64,000 nucleotides of DNA from the NCBI GenBank assembly GCA_023265595.1, contig JAHFSU010000007.1:1440-65439 (forward strand), given 5' to 3'. The notes under the pieces were generated by a model that saw only the letters and a list, made by a program, of their open reading frames with translations, was not told the origin of the DNA and made no database searches. Numbering within the stretch: the stretch's first letter is position 1; each line of letters opens with the position of its first letter. Shown in pieces: positions 1-10,049 of this stretch. This DNA comes from Deltaproteobacteria bacterium. Its GTDB lineage: Bacteria; UBA10199; SPLOWO2-01-44-7. The position numbers were made by a program, and so were the translations under genes.

Positions 1-594
1 CTGAAGTTCCAGATCGTCAAAAAGCTTTATAAGCGCTCTTTTTTGTCTCCACTCTACGAACAATCCTCTTTTGGCGGCAATTTCATACATTCTACGTTTG
101 ATAGTTTGTTCTGTCTCCGGTCTTTCTGCCACCCGTTCTTCTGTTACATCTGCAACAGGAGAAGCCATTAAGTCAGCAAAAATCGCCGCTGAGCGAAGAG
201 CATGGAGAGCAACCCGAGTTGTCTCCTCATATTTGTCGTGAGGAATTTCTTCCACGAGTATTTGAATCAAGTTGCGAATAGCAAGAAATCCAACCCCAGA
301 TTGTTGGGGGTTATCTCTTATAATGGAAGGTCGCATAGCCACAACGCTGTCCAAAATTTTTCTGGACATTGCATCAGCGCCGTTACGGTCGGCATCGTAT
401 CGGTCACGGCTACCGGGATAACAGAGTGCAAAATGGGCTGCAGCCATGCTGAAGGTTGATACTTCATCAACATTTCTTAAAGTGTCCAGCTCAACTCGAC
501 CCAAAGCGATTTGACCAGTAAAAAGCGCCTGTGCCAAAACGGTGTTGGATCCGTCGATACTTCCCATTACAACGGGTGGCATAGTGGTTGTCAT
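1..594 (-). CDS. hypothetical protein, N-terminal 198 codons only (gene runs off the left edge)
   Basis: Minus-strand frame is open from the ATG at 594-592 (MTTTMPPVVMGSIDG...) to the window edge. An AGGAG-type SD lies upstream. Not in the ORF track because no stop falls in the window. No family recognised. Confidence 0.55.
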   Translation of the reverse strand, partial: MTTTMPPVVMGSIDGSNTVLAQALFTGQIALGRVELDTLRNVDEVSTFSMAAAHFALCYPGSRDRYDADRNGADAMSRKILDSVVAMRPSIIRDNPQQSGVGFLAIRNLIQILVEEIPHDKYEETTRVALHALRSAAIFADLMASPVADVTEERVAERPETEQTIKRRMYEIAAKRGLFVEWRQKRALIKLFDDLELQ

Positions 595-676
595 AAATTT
601 CTCCTTTTGTTTTTCTTATCGTCTCCCCTCAAAATAAGTTGCTAACTTTTTTAAAAAAATTTAATCTCTTTTAAAT

Positions 677-720
677 GACCAAAAGAAGCCCTTTAAAGCC
701 TATAACAGTTCTAAAGGGCT
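677..720 (-). terminator. putative intrinsic terminator of comF
   Basis: A 9-bp stem AGCCCTTTA/TAAAGGGCT straddles the comF stop. It is followed on the minus strand by TCTTTTGG. Confidence 0.4.
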
Positions 721-1352
721 CTGGCTAGGGTCAACACATCGACGCGTTTGGCCCCCGCCTTTTTTAAAACCTTGGCACATTCGTTGACCGTGGCGCCGGT
801 GGTCAAGACATCGTCGATCAGCAAAAGTGTTTTTTCTTTTGCAAAAGGGATTCTATTTTTTAAACAGGCAAATGCATTTTTGACATTTTGCAGGCGCGCC
901 GCGGCATCCATTTTCGCCTGCGGTTTTGTCCCTCTGGTTTTTTTCAAAACATGGAGAATCGGAACCCCTCTTTTTTTGGCGAGGGTGTCGGCCAAAAGAT
1001 GGGCCGGATTAAAACCTCGGCGCCAGCGCCGCCGCCAATGCAAAGGGACATAGGTCATCGCCTCATATTTTTGAAAATCGACGGGATTTTGGAGCATCAA
1101 ATCGATCAAAGCGGGGATCAGATGAAACTGACGATGATATTTGAATTGATGGACCCAATCCAAAACAGACCCTTCATAGCCGACGGCCGAATGGGCTTCA
1201 TCAAAATATTGTTTGTCAAGACGGGGTAAGTGAGCCGGCGTTTTCAAAAAGAGGAGCCGCCCAAAACAATCGTCACAAATTTGTCTTCTTGAACCGGCCT
1301 CGATAAATTTTTCACAGCCGATGCAACGATTTGGAAAAACGAGGGATAACAT
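711..1352 (-). CDS. comF: ComF family phosphoribosyltransferase-like protein
   Basis: N-terminal CxxC...CxxC zinc-finger-like motif. C-terminal PRPP-binding loop LLLIDDVLTTGATV. Confidence 0.8.
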   Translation of the reverse strand: MLSLVFPNRCIGCEKFIEAGSRRQICDDCFGRLLFLKTPAHLPRLDKQYFDEAHSAVGYEGSVLDWVHQFKYHRQFHLIPALIDLMLQNPVDFQKYEAMTYVPLHWRRRWRRGFNPAHLLADTLAKKRGVPILHVLKKTRGTKPQAKMDAAARLQNVKNAFACLKNRIPFAKEKTLLLIDDVLTTGATVNECAKVLKKAGAKRVDVLTLARAL

Positions 1353-1354
1353 TG

Positions 1355-2911
1355 CTACTGGATCCCGGTTGGAGCCTGCCCCGTACCGCGATACGGGGCC
1401 AGAATGACTAATGAGGTCCCCGTCATCTCAGCCGGCTTTTGGATATCCAGCAACTCAAGCATTGTCGGGGCGATGTCGCAAAGTTTACCGTCACTTTTCA
1501 GTTTGAATTGCTTTTTTTCCGGCGTCACCAAAACAAGGGGAACCTTATTTAACGTGTGGGCCGTATGAGGCAGACCCTTTTCATCGGCCATACATTCGGC
1601 ATTGCCATGATCGGCCGTCACAAGGGCGCTTCCCCCCGCACCGGCTAGTTTGCACAAAACTTCTCCGAGACATTTATCGACCGTCTCCACCGCCTTAATC
1701 GCCGCATCGAGTCGCCCGCTATGCCCCACCATGTCAGGATTTGCATAATTGATGATCATACAATCAAAATTTTTTGAGTCGAGCCGTTCTAAAATTTCCC
1801 GAGTCACTTCGGCCGCCGACATCTCCGGTTTTAAATCATACGTCGCCACCTCTTTAGGGCTGGGGACGAGACAACGCTCCTCTCCGGCAAATGCAATCTC
1901 CTGCCCGCCGTTGAAAAAATAGGTGACGTGGGCATATTTTTCGGTCTCGGCAATCCGACATTGCTTGAGACCCTTTTTGCTCAACACCTCCCCAAAAACA
2001 TTGTCAAGATTTTGGGGGGCAAACACGACCGGATAGGGATAACTTTTTTCGTATCGGGTCATCGTGACGGTGGCGGCAAGTTTCGGCCCTTTTTGCAACG
2101 CGGTGATCAGTTGCCGCGCCCGATCGGCGCGATAGTTGAAAAACAAAACGGCATCGCCATCTTGAATCAAACCGACCGGTTGGCCATTTTTTTCAAGAAC
2201 CGTCGGCAAAACAAATTCATCGGTTGTTTTATTGGCATACGATTTTCGGATCGCCTCCAGCGCCGATGTCGCTTTTTCCCCTTTCCCTTCAACCAGCGCT
2301 TCGTAGGCGAGGGCCGTTCTCTCCCAACGTTTGTCCCGATCCATTGCATAGTAGCGGCCGATCACCGTTGCCACCGCGGCATTGCCGACCGTCGCGATTT
2401 TCTCCTCCAATTTTTTCAGGTAATTTTCGCCGGCATGCGGCGGGGTATCTCGGCCATCCATAAAACAATGGAGAAAAACTTTTTCGATTTTTTCCGATTT
2501 TGCGAAATCGAGAAGCGCAAAAAGATGCGAAAGATGACTATGTACTCCGCCGTCGGACAAAAGACCCATCAGATGCAACGCCCCGCCCGATTTTTTGACC
2601 GTTGCCGCCAAATTTTTTAAAACGGGGTTTTTAAAAAAACTTTTATCCTGAATGGCTGTATTGATTCGCGTCAAATCCTGATAAACAATCCGCCCCGCAC
2701 CGATATTCATATGCCCCACTTCCGAATTGCCGATTGTTTTTGAGGGGAGCCCCACCGCTTCCGCAGAGGCATCGAGCAACGTCCACGGATAATCTTTGAT
2801 GAGGGCGTCCCATGTCGGTGTATGGGCCAAAGCCACCGCATTATTTTCTTTTTGCGTCGAATAACCCCAGCCATCGAGGACTATGAGCAATAACGGTTTA
2901 TAATGATTCAT
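1355..2911 (-). CDS. gpmI: 2,3-bisphosphoglycerate-independent phosphoglycerate mutase
   Basis: 518 aa. Contains LLIVLDGWG, NSEVGHMNIGAGR and ADHGNAE motifs typical of iPGM. The last 16 codons and the stop lie in a palindromic repeat. Confidence 0.95.
   Translation of the reverse strand: MNHYKPLLLIVLDGWGYSTQKENNAVALAHTPTWDALIKDYPWTLLDASAEAVGLPSKTIGNSEVGHMNIGAGRIVYQDLTRINTAIQDKSFFKNPVLKNLAATVKKSGGALHLMGLLSDGGVHSHLSHLFALLDFAKSEKIEKVFLHCFMDGRDTPPHAGENYLKKLEEKIATVGNAAVATVIGRYYAMDRDKRWERTALAYEALVEGKGEKATSALEAIRKSYANKTTDEFVLPTVLEKNGQPVGLIQDGDAVLFFNYRADRARQLITALQKGPKLAATVTMTRYEKSYPYPVVFAPQNLDNVFGEVLSKKGLKQCRIAETEKYAHVTYFFNGGQEIAFAGEERCLVPSPKEVATYDLKPEMSAAEVTREILERLDSKNFDCMIINYANPDMVGHSGRLDAAIKAVETVDKCLGEVLCKLAGAGGSALVTADHGNAECMADEKGLPHTAHTLNKVPLVLVTPEKKQFKLKSDGKLCDIAPTMLELLDIQKPAEMTGTSLVILAPYRGTGQAPTGIQ
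1360..1408. repeat. palindromic element, family 2 (GGAATCC/GTCATTCC type), half copy
   Basis: ggatcccggttggagcctgccccgtaccgcgatacggggccagaatgac matches the copies at 56872, 59053 and 61893. Confidence 0.8.
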
Positions 2912-2914
2912 CTA

Positions 2915-2952
2915 CCCCTCACCCTACCCTCTTCCACAAAGGGAGAGGGGGG
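2915..2952. repeat. GC-rich palindromic element, family 3 (CCCTCACCC...GGGAGAGGG)
   Basis: Intergenic hairpin cccctcaccctaccctcttccacaaagggagagggggg. Same arms as the copies at 4977, 9574, 12628, 15336, 27612, 50887 and 52966. Confidence 0.8.
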
Positions 2953-2965
2953 TTTCCAGTAAGAT

Positions 2966-3316
2966 TCATAAAATAAGTTTTGGAGCGTCGCCCCAAAGTT
3001 TTTCGAGATTATAAAAAGAGCGCACTTCGTTATAAAAAATATGGGCCACCGCATCGCCAAAATCGAGCAAAATCCACTCGGCTTCCGAATAACCTTCCAG
3101 ACCCAGCGGATAGCGCCCCTTTTCTTTCAATTTTTTCATCATCGCATCAGCAATCGCCCGAACTTGCGTGTCGGATTTGCCGGAACAGATGATAAAATAA
3201 TCGGTAAAACTGGTGAGGCCCGTCAAATCCAAAATGACAGGGTCCATCGCCTGCACATCTTCTGCCGCCTTCGCCATCATTACTGCCAATTGTTTCGGTG
3301 TCATCGGTATCGGCAT
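2966..3316 (-). CDS. rsfS: ribosome silencing factor RsfS (iojap family)
   Basis: 116 aa with DYFIICSG..SDTQVRAIAD and WILLDFGDAVAHIF motifs. Sits in the conserved obg-rsfS neighbourhood. Confidence 0.9.
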   Translation of the reverse strand: MPIPMTPKQLAVMMAKAAEDVQAMDPVILDLTGLTSFTDYFIICSGKSDTQVRAIADAMMKKLKEKGRYPLGLEGYSEAEWILLDFGDAVAHIFYNEVRSFYNLEKLWGDAPKLIL

Positions 3317-3325
3317 AGAAACAGA

Positions 3326-4336
<1,011 letters not shown>

Positions 4337-4600
4337 TTATTTCTGTGGTGCGGGAAGTATGCTGACTTTTTTTCGATTTTTTCCCAAACGTTGATACGTA
4401 ACAACACCATCGATGGTGGCAAAAAGGGTCCAATCTTTTCCGACGCCGACATGGAGCCCCGGATGGATTTTGGTGCCGCATTGGCGGACCAAGATATTTC
4501 CGGCTTTGACAAATTGGCCGCCAAAGCGTTTGACGCCACGGCGCTGTCCATTACTATCGCGGCCATTTTTTGTAGAACCACCCGCTTTTTTGTGTGCCAT
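4337..4600 (-). CDS. rpmA: 50S ribosomal protein L27
   Basis: [16 protein letters not shown]...[15 protein letters not shown]. Confidence 0.97.
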   Translation of the reverse strand: MAHKKAGGSTKNGRDSNGQRRGVKRFGGQFVKAGNILVRQCGTKIHPGLHVGVGKDWTLFATIDGVVTYQRLGKNRKKVSILPAPQK

Positions 4601-4620
4601 AAAAACCTCTGAATAAAAAA

Positions 4621-4932
4621 CTATGCGACAATTTTATTGATTTTCAAAACAGTGAACGCCTGCCGGTGTCCCTGTTTTTTGCGATAACCTTTACGGCGCT
4701 TTTTCTTGAGGATGACAATTTTTTTATCGCGCCCCTGCTCGACCACTTCGGCCTCGACTTTGGCGCCGGCAACCGTCGGGGTCCCTACTTTCAATTCTCC
4801 GTTGCCGCCGATCAATAAAACGGAATCCAAAATCTGTTTGGCACCGATTTCTGCATCGATCTTTTCAACGAAGAGTTTGGCCCCCTCCGTCACTTTGTAT
4901 TGCTTTCCACCCTGTTCGATAATGGCGTACAT
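4621..4932 (-). CDS. rplU: 50S ribosomal protein L21
   Basis: [14 protein letters not shown]... The internal ATG at 4932 is preferred over the track start at 4971. Confidence 0.93.
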   Translation of the reverse strand: MYAIIEQGGKQYKVTEGAKLFVEKIDAEIGAKQILDSVLLIGGNGELKVGTPTVAGAKVEAEVVEQGRDKKIVILKKKRRKGYRKKQGHRQAFTVLKINKIVA

Positions 4933-4976
4933 AAGGGGCCCCCAACTAGCGGATTTAGTTTCATAAGTCAAGAAAT

Positions 4977-5051
4977 CCCCTCACCCGTCCGCCAAAGCGG
5001 ACACCCTCTCCCCCGCCAAACGACCGACGGGCAGGCACAAGGAGAGAGGGA
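4977..5051. repeat. GC-rich palindromic element, family 3 (long form)
   Basis: Near-duplicate of 15336-15425. The shared core is ctcccccgccaaacgaccgacgggcaggc.caagg.gagaggga. Confidence 0.85.
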
Positions 5052-5075
5052 AATAAGGACGAAATGTTTTTCTAG

Positions 5076-5106
5076 GCAACTTTTCTGAAAATTTGCCGAT
5101 AACTAA
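5076..5106 (+). promoter_or_regulatory. ECF-sigma-like promoter motif GCAACTTTT-N7-TTTGCCGATAACTAA (copy 1)
   Basis: The same 31-nt arrangement recurs at 46129-46159, also 18 nt before an ATG. The AAC-N16-CGA spacing fits ECF-type promoters. Confidence 0.4.
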
Positions 5107-5124
5107 TAATGAGAGGAAGGAAAA

Positions 5125-5400
5125 ATGTTAAAATTCTTTAACCTATTGATTTTATTCTATTTTTTATTCATCCCAACTCTGACTTGGGCCCAAGAGGCCG
5201 CTATTTTGGTAAAACCGACGATTCCATCCAATAACGCACTCAATAGAGATCAAAGACTCCCGATGACTCAATGGGACGAAACCAATCAGCAAATTCGAGA
5301 TAATTTTGCCCCTTTCAACACCATTCCGGTCTATGAAAATGAAAAACTGGGTGTGAATATCGGCCCCGCCCAAGTCCAAATTATTTTTCCGTTTTTTTAG
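5125..5400 (+). CDS. small secreted hypothetical protein
   Basis: GAGAGGAAGG SD. Signal peptide MLKFFNLLILFYFLFIPTLTWAQ. Confidence 0.6.
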   Translation: MLKFFNLLILFYFLFIPTLTWAQEAAILVKPTIPSNNALNRDQRLPMTQWDETNQQIRDNFAPFNTIPVYENEKLGVNIGPAQVQIIFPFF

Positions 5401-5414
5401 CTTTGCCACGACGA

Positions 5415-6932
5415 TTACGCTTCCGCGACATCGAATTGTTCGAGGTGATAATCGGCAACCGTTTTGACACTGATCCGTTTTTTGTAACGCTCCTCCAGAA
5501 TTTCAAGCCAACGGCGTTCCTCATCGTACAAAATATTGGCCACTTGAGGATGAACAAAAACAACCATCTGTTTGTTTTTGAGTGCGGAGGCCTCGCGCTG
5601 AATTTCACGAAATACTTCATAACAAACCGTCGTCGCACTTTTGAGATAACCTTTGCCTTCGCAATAGGTACAAGGGTCAGTCAACTGGCGGCGCAAATCT
5701 TCGCGCGTCCGTTTACGTGTCATTTCTACTAATCCTAAATCGGAAATTTTGGTGATCGTGGTGCGGGCGCGATCGCTTTTTAAAGCTTCTTTGAGTGAAT
5801 TAAAAACTTTTTGGCGGTCGCTGTGGCGCTCCATGTCGATGAAATCGAGAATGATGATACCGCCGATGCTTCTGAGACGAAGTTGATAAACAATTTCTTT
5901 GACCGCCTCGAGGTTGGTTTTCAAAATAGTATCGTCCAAATTTCGGCGGCCGACAAAGCGGCCGGTATTGACATCGATGGCAGTCAACGCTTCGGTCTGT
6001 TCAATGATGATGTAACCACCGCTTTTGAGCCAAACTTTTTGCCCTAAAGCACGCGTGATTTCGATTTCGATTCCGTAGTGATCAAAAATCGGTTCCTGTT
6101 TATCATAGAGCTGGATCGTGCTTTTCAAACCGGGCATGAAATTTTTTACAAAATCCTGAATCCGGTCGTGTCCTTCCTTGTTGTCGACCACAAGACGATC
6201 AATATCGGAGGTAAACAGATCGCGCACCACACGGAGCAACACATCGAGCTCATTATGAATGAGTGCGGGTGAATTGGCCTTGGCCGCTTTTTGTTCAATC
6301 TCATTCCAAGTGCGGATCAGATACTGCATATCGGCGGTGATTTCTTCATCAGAAATACCGATGCAAGCGGTTCGGATGATAAAGCCGCTCCCTTTTGGTC
6401 TTGATCTTTCAATGAGAGAACGGAGACGTTTCCTCTCTTTTTGATCGCCGAGCCTTCTCGAAATGCCGATATGATTGACGGTCGGCATGTAAACCAAATA
6501 TCGGCCCGGCAAAGAGATGTGGGAGGTAAGCCTCGCCCCTTTTGTCCCCATCGGCTCTTTTTCCACCTGAACTAAAATATCGCGGCCCTCTCTCAAGAGG
6601 TCTTCTATTTTTCTAGGTTGGCGCTTGGAAAAACGGGGGAGCTCTTCTTCATCCTCATCGAGATCGGCCTCAAAGCGTGTCATTTCCTGAACCACATCGT
6701 GGGCGTGCAAAAAAGCGGTTCGATCCAGACCAATCTCGACAAAGGCGGCCTGCATGCCGGGCAAAACGCGAACCACTTTGCCTTTATAGACATTGCCGAC
6801 CACCCCCTGCTCCCGCGTTCTTTCAATATAGAGTTCGGAGACAATACCATTTTCAAGGCGGGCCACACGGGTCTCACCCAAGGTCACATTTAATATCAGC
6901 TCATTGGCCATAAGTCGGCGATTAAGTGGCAT
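5415..6932 (-). CDS. rng: ribonuclease G/E family (Rne/Rng)
   Basis: N-terminal S1 domain (GNVYKGKVVRVLPGMQAAFVEIG) and a DNase-I-like/Zn-link region (IDVNTG, CxxCxG). The start may be the internal ATG at 6911. Confidence 0.9.
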   Translation of the reverse strand: MPLNRRLMANELILNVTLGETRVARLENGIVSELYIERTREQGVVGNVYKGKVVRVLPGMQAAFVEIGLDRTAFLHAHDVVQEMTRFEADLDEDEEELPRFSKRQPRKIEDLLREGRDILVQVEKEPMGTKGARLTSHISLPGRYLVYMPTVNHIGISRRLGDQKERKRLRSLIERSRPKGSGFIIRTACIGISDEEITADMQYLIRTWNEIEQKAAKANSPALIHNELDVLLRVVRDLFTSDIDRLVVDNKEGHDRIQDFVKNFMPGLKSTIQLYDKQEPIFDHYGIEIEITRALGQKVWLKSGGYIIIEQTEALTAIDVNTGRFVGRRNLDDTILKTNLEAVKEIVYQLRLRSIGGIIILDFIDMERHSDRQKVFNSLKEALKSDRARTTITKISDLGLVEMTRKRTREDLRRQLTDPCTYCEGKGYLKSATTVCYEVFREIQREASALKNKQMVVFVHPQVANILYDEERRWLEILEERYKKRISVKTVADYHLEQFDVAEA

Positions 6933-6997
6933 AGATAAGCAAGAAATACAAGATGATTGACAACGAGCATATGGTACCTGTTAACATATGCTCTTCT

Positions 6998-7627
6998 ATG
7001 ACGCCGATCAGCCAAGAAATTGCCCATCTGTTACTCGATATTGGCGCCGTTGTTTTGCGCCCCGATCAACCCTTCACTTGGGCGAGCGGCATTCAATCTC
7101 CCATCTATTGTGACAACCGGTTGTTGATGTCGCATCCGGAGGCAAGGCGAAAAGTGAGAGAAGCATTCATCCAACTTTTCAAAGAGAAGGCGCCCGATTG
7201 CGAATTAGTGGCCGGCGTTGCCACCGGCGCTATTCCCCATGCCGCTTGGGTCTCCGAGCGGTTAAATAAACCGATGGTCTATATTCGGGATGCGGCCAAA
7301 GAGCATGGCAAACAAAATCTGGTGGAAGGAAAAGTCGCGGCCGGCGCAAAAGCGGTCGTCATTGAAGATTTGGTGAGTACCGGCGGCTCAAGTGTTGCCG
7401 CAGTGGAAGCGTTGCGCAACGCCGGCGCCAAAGTGGAGCATTGTTTTGCGATTTTCAGCTACGGTTTTCCGGAGGCTTTAAAAAAATTTGCGGCGATTCA
7501 GTGCGCCCTCACTCCCCTAACCGATTTCACAACATTGCTTCAAATTGCAAAAGAATCGCGAATCATTAAGGCTGATCAAGAATCCCTGCTCAAAAAATTC
7601 GCAGCCGATCCGTGGCATTGGCAGTAG
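6998..7627 (+). CDS. pyrE: orotate phosphoribosyltransferase (Bacillus PyrE type)
   Basis: FTWASGIQSPIYCDNR and VVIEDLVSTGGS PRPP loop. The start is set at the ATG at 6998 (MTPISQEIAHLLLDIGAV). Confidence 0.9.
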   Translation: MTPISQEIAHLLLDIGAVVLRPDQPFTWASGIQSPIYCDNRLLMSHPEARRKVREAFIQLFKEKAPDCELVAGVATGAIPHAAWVSERLNKPMVYIRDAAKEHGKQNLVEGKVAAGAKAVVIEDLVSTGGSSVAAVEALRNAGAKVEHCFAIFSYGFPEALKKFAAIQCALTPLTDFTTLLQIAKESRIIKADQESLLKKFAADPWHWQ

Positions 7628-7680
7628 AAGTAGGCGCTATACATCCTTGACACCTCCTCACAATTTGATAGTCGGAAACC

Positions 7681-8622
7681 ATGAGACAAATGATTTATGT
7701 GGTTTTGCTGTTGATCGCTTTTGCATCATCAACAGCATTGGCCCAAAGCACCGGCCTGCAGGGATATAACCTTCTCACTTTCAAACCGACTATCGACGGG
7801 AGCGGCATTTTGCAAACAGTGGGGACAAAATCGCTCGAACCGTGGCAGATTCATGAAGGCCTCTATTTGAGTTCCAACAAGGGGCTGCTTCGTCGCGAGT
7901 CGATGGGTTTGAAAACCGTCAACCCTGGCCCGGATGTAATCCGCTGGCAGTTTGTCGACGACACCGTTCTTGCCATTGGTTTGCCCGGATCGATAACTAC
8001 CGGTCTGGATATTCCCGTTGTGATGTATCAGAGGGGACAAAATCTCACGGGAACACCCTACGCCCAATCGGAATTGGGTGATATCCGCTATTTTGTGAAG
8101 TGGAACTTTCTTAAAGATAACCCCAGCCTCTTTGGAGCCGCAATCGTCCTCAACACATATATCCCAACAGGCACACAGGCCCTCTTCACCGGGTCGTCAG
8201 AGGCCATGCAAGATTTTATGCTCGTCTTGGATAAAAAATGGGAGAACATTTATCTTGGTTTGAATTTTGGTTTTCAAATTGCTCCTAACGATAATTTTAC
8301 AGTCGCCGCCGGGCCACCGGCTGTGATTCAGGGGAGTGGCAACCGCTATCTTTTTTCTACGGGAGTAAAAGTTCCATTAGCCATCCAGAAAAAATCGTGG
8401 GCTGTCTTCTCGGATTTTACCGGCAGTTGGCTCGCCAGAAATCTTGTCCAGAACAGTTTCCCCACAGAGGCAATCATAGGGATTGAAAAACATTTCGCCA
8501 GCAACATAGATTTCCTGTTGGGAAATTCCATTCGGATTACTAACGCAATGGGAGAACCTCTGCGCCGTTATTTTATTGCATTGCGCTGGACATCTACCAG
8601 AGAATCAAAGACAGCAGAGTAA
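7681..8622 (+). CDS. putative outer-membrane beta-barrel protein
   Basis: Signal peptide ...AFASSTALAQ. Alternating beta-strand-like pattern with aromatic-rich strands. Family not recognised. Confidence 0.5.
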   Translation: MRQMIYVVLLLIAFASSTALAQSTGLQGYNLLTFKPTIDGSGILQTVGTKSLEPWQIHEGLYLSSNKGLLRRESMGLKTVNPGPDVIRWQFVDDTVLAIGLPGSITTGLDIPVVMYQRGQNLTGTPYAQSELGDIRYFVKWNFLKDNPSLFGAAIVLNTYIPTGTQALFTGSSEAMQDFMLVLDKKWENIYLGLNFGFQIAPNDNFTVAAGPPAVIQGSGNRYLFSTGVKVPLAIQKKSWAVFSDFTGSWLARNLVQNSFPTEAIIGIEKHFASNIDFLLGNSIRITNAMGEPLRRYFIALRWTSTRESKTAE

Positions 8623-8626
8623 TCCA

Positions 8627-9970
8627 TCAAACTGTCCTTCCTGCCAAATCATAAGCCTTCGCTTCAGTGATTTTTACAGTGAGGAACTCTCCGGTTTTTA
8701 CATTGCGGGCGCCTTCCAAACCAACAACCCCATCCACATCGGGGGCTTGGCCCTGATGGCGCCCAACAGTTGGGCCATCGACCAAAACTTTCATCTCTTT
8801 TCCGACCCAGTTCCCATTGCGGCCGTGCGACACTTTTTGCTGCAACGCCATCAAATGTTTTTTGCGCTCCCGCTTTACTTTAGAAGGAATATCGTCTTTC
8901 AATTTTGCCGCGATTGTCCCCTCTTCTTCGGAATAAGTAAAAACGCCGACATGATCGAAATGCCCTTCGGCAATAAAATCGGCCAATGCTTGGAAATCGA
9001 CATCGCTCTCGGTGGGGTAACCGACAATGCAGGTTGTCCGCAATGTTATCGCCGGAATTTTTGCACGAACCGTTTCGATAATATTACGGATATCTTTGGA
9101 TGTCCCATTTCGTCGCATCGATTGAAGGAGCCGATCACTGATGTGCTGGATCGGCATGTCGAGATAGTTGCAAACTTGCGGCTCCTCTTTCATAAAATCG
9201 ACCACCTCCATCGGAAACCCGTGTGGGTAGGCATAAAAAAGGCGAAACCATTTTTCCCCATCGAGTGTCGCCAACTTTTTCAGCAAATTGAGGAGCGTAG
9301 CGCCATCTTTTCTATCGCAACCGTAACCGGTGGAGTCTTGTGCAATGAGATTAAATTCTTTAACCCCCTGCGCGATAAGACTTTGCGCCTCGATCACCAG
9401 CGATTCGATCGAGCGCGAACGCAAAGGCCCGCGGAGTTTTGGAATCACGCAAAAAGAACAGGAATGTTGGCATCCCTCTGCCAGTTTCAAATAGGCATAA
9501 TGCTTGGGTGTGGCCAAAATTCTGGAGAAGGTTTCGTCGGCCAATGCTTCCGGACGACCGACGTGTATACGATCTCCCCCTCCCCCTTTCTCCCTCCCTC
9601 GAGGGGAGGGGGTAGGGGGAGGGTGGTCCTTCAGTAGCTCCGCGATTTTCGGAAACTCGCCCGTGCCGACAAAAAGATCGACTTCAGAGAGTTCCTCGGC
9701 AAGGTCTTTGGAATAACGCTGGGCCAAACAACCGGCCATCACCAGTTTTTTAAGACGCCCCTTTTTCTTCAAGGCGGCCATCTCTAAAATAGTGTCAATC
9801 GACTCTTTTTTGGCATCACCGATAAAACCGCAGGTATTGACGATGATCACATCACAAAGGGCCGGATCATGGGCAATGTGATACCCGGCTTTTTTGAGAG
9901 ACCCCAGCATCACCTCCGAATCGACGAGGTTTCTGGCACAACCTAAACTAATGAGACCGATTGTTTCCAT
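8627..9970 (-). CDS. rimO: ribosomal protein S12 methylthiotransferase RimO
   Basis: MTTase N-domain (ISLGCARNLVDSE), radical-SAM CQHSCSFC and a C-terminal TRAM domain. Carries an in-frame family-3 repeat in the interdomain linker. Confidence 0.9.
   Translation of the reverse strand: METIGLISLGCARNLVDSEVMLGSLKKAGYHIAHDPALCDVIIVNTCGFIGDAKKESIDTILEMAALKKKGRLKKLVMAGCLAQRYSKDLAEELSEVDLFVGTGEFPKIAELLKDHPPPTPSPRGREKGGGGDRIHVGRPEALADETFSRILATPKHYAYLKLAEGCQHSCSFCVIPKLRGPLRSRSIESLVIEAQSLIAQGVKEFNLIAQDSTGYGCDRKDGATLLNLLKKLATLDGEKWFRLFYAYPHGFPMEVVDFMKEEPQVCNYLDMPIQHISDRLLQSMRRNGTSKDIRNIIETVRAKIPAITLRTTCIVGYPTESDVDFQALADFIAEGHFDHVGVFTYSEEEGTIAAKLKDDIPSKVKRERKKHLMALQQKVSHGRNGNWVGKEMKVLVDGPTVGRHQGQAPDVDGVVGLEGARNVKTGEFLTVKITEAKAYDLAGRTV
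9574..9626. repeat. GC-rich palindromic element, family 3, inside the rimO coding sequence
   Basis: ctccccctccccctttctccctccctcgaggggagggggtagggggagggtgg is translated as ...PPPTPSPRGREKGGGGD... Confidence 0.8.
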
Positions 9971-10049
9971 AATATGCCAATAGGTGGCGACACCTTATTG
10001 GGCAGGAGAGGTATCGGCGTCAATCAGGAAAAGTTGCTTTGACGGGGAT

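Noticed and set aside
1928-2620. 230-aa plus-strand ORF, and similar long antisense ORFs at 23603-24376, 59376-60044, 61238-61873 and 62116-62730
   Set aside because: Each lies opposite a confidently identified gene (gpmI, beta-propeller lipoprotein, ispB, DHOD-like, phosphorylase). None has recognisable motifs or an SD.
4900-5088. 62-aa ORF over the rplU upstream region
   Set aside because: It consists mostly of the family-3 palindromic repeat (SPVRQSGHPLPRQTTDGQAQGERE), which recurs in other frames elsewhere.
8576-9637. 353-aa plus-strand ORF
   Set aside because: It is entirely antisense to rimO, which has clear family motifs. Its composition is a shadow of the real frame, and it runs through the GC-rich repeat.
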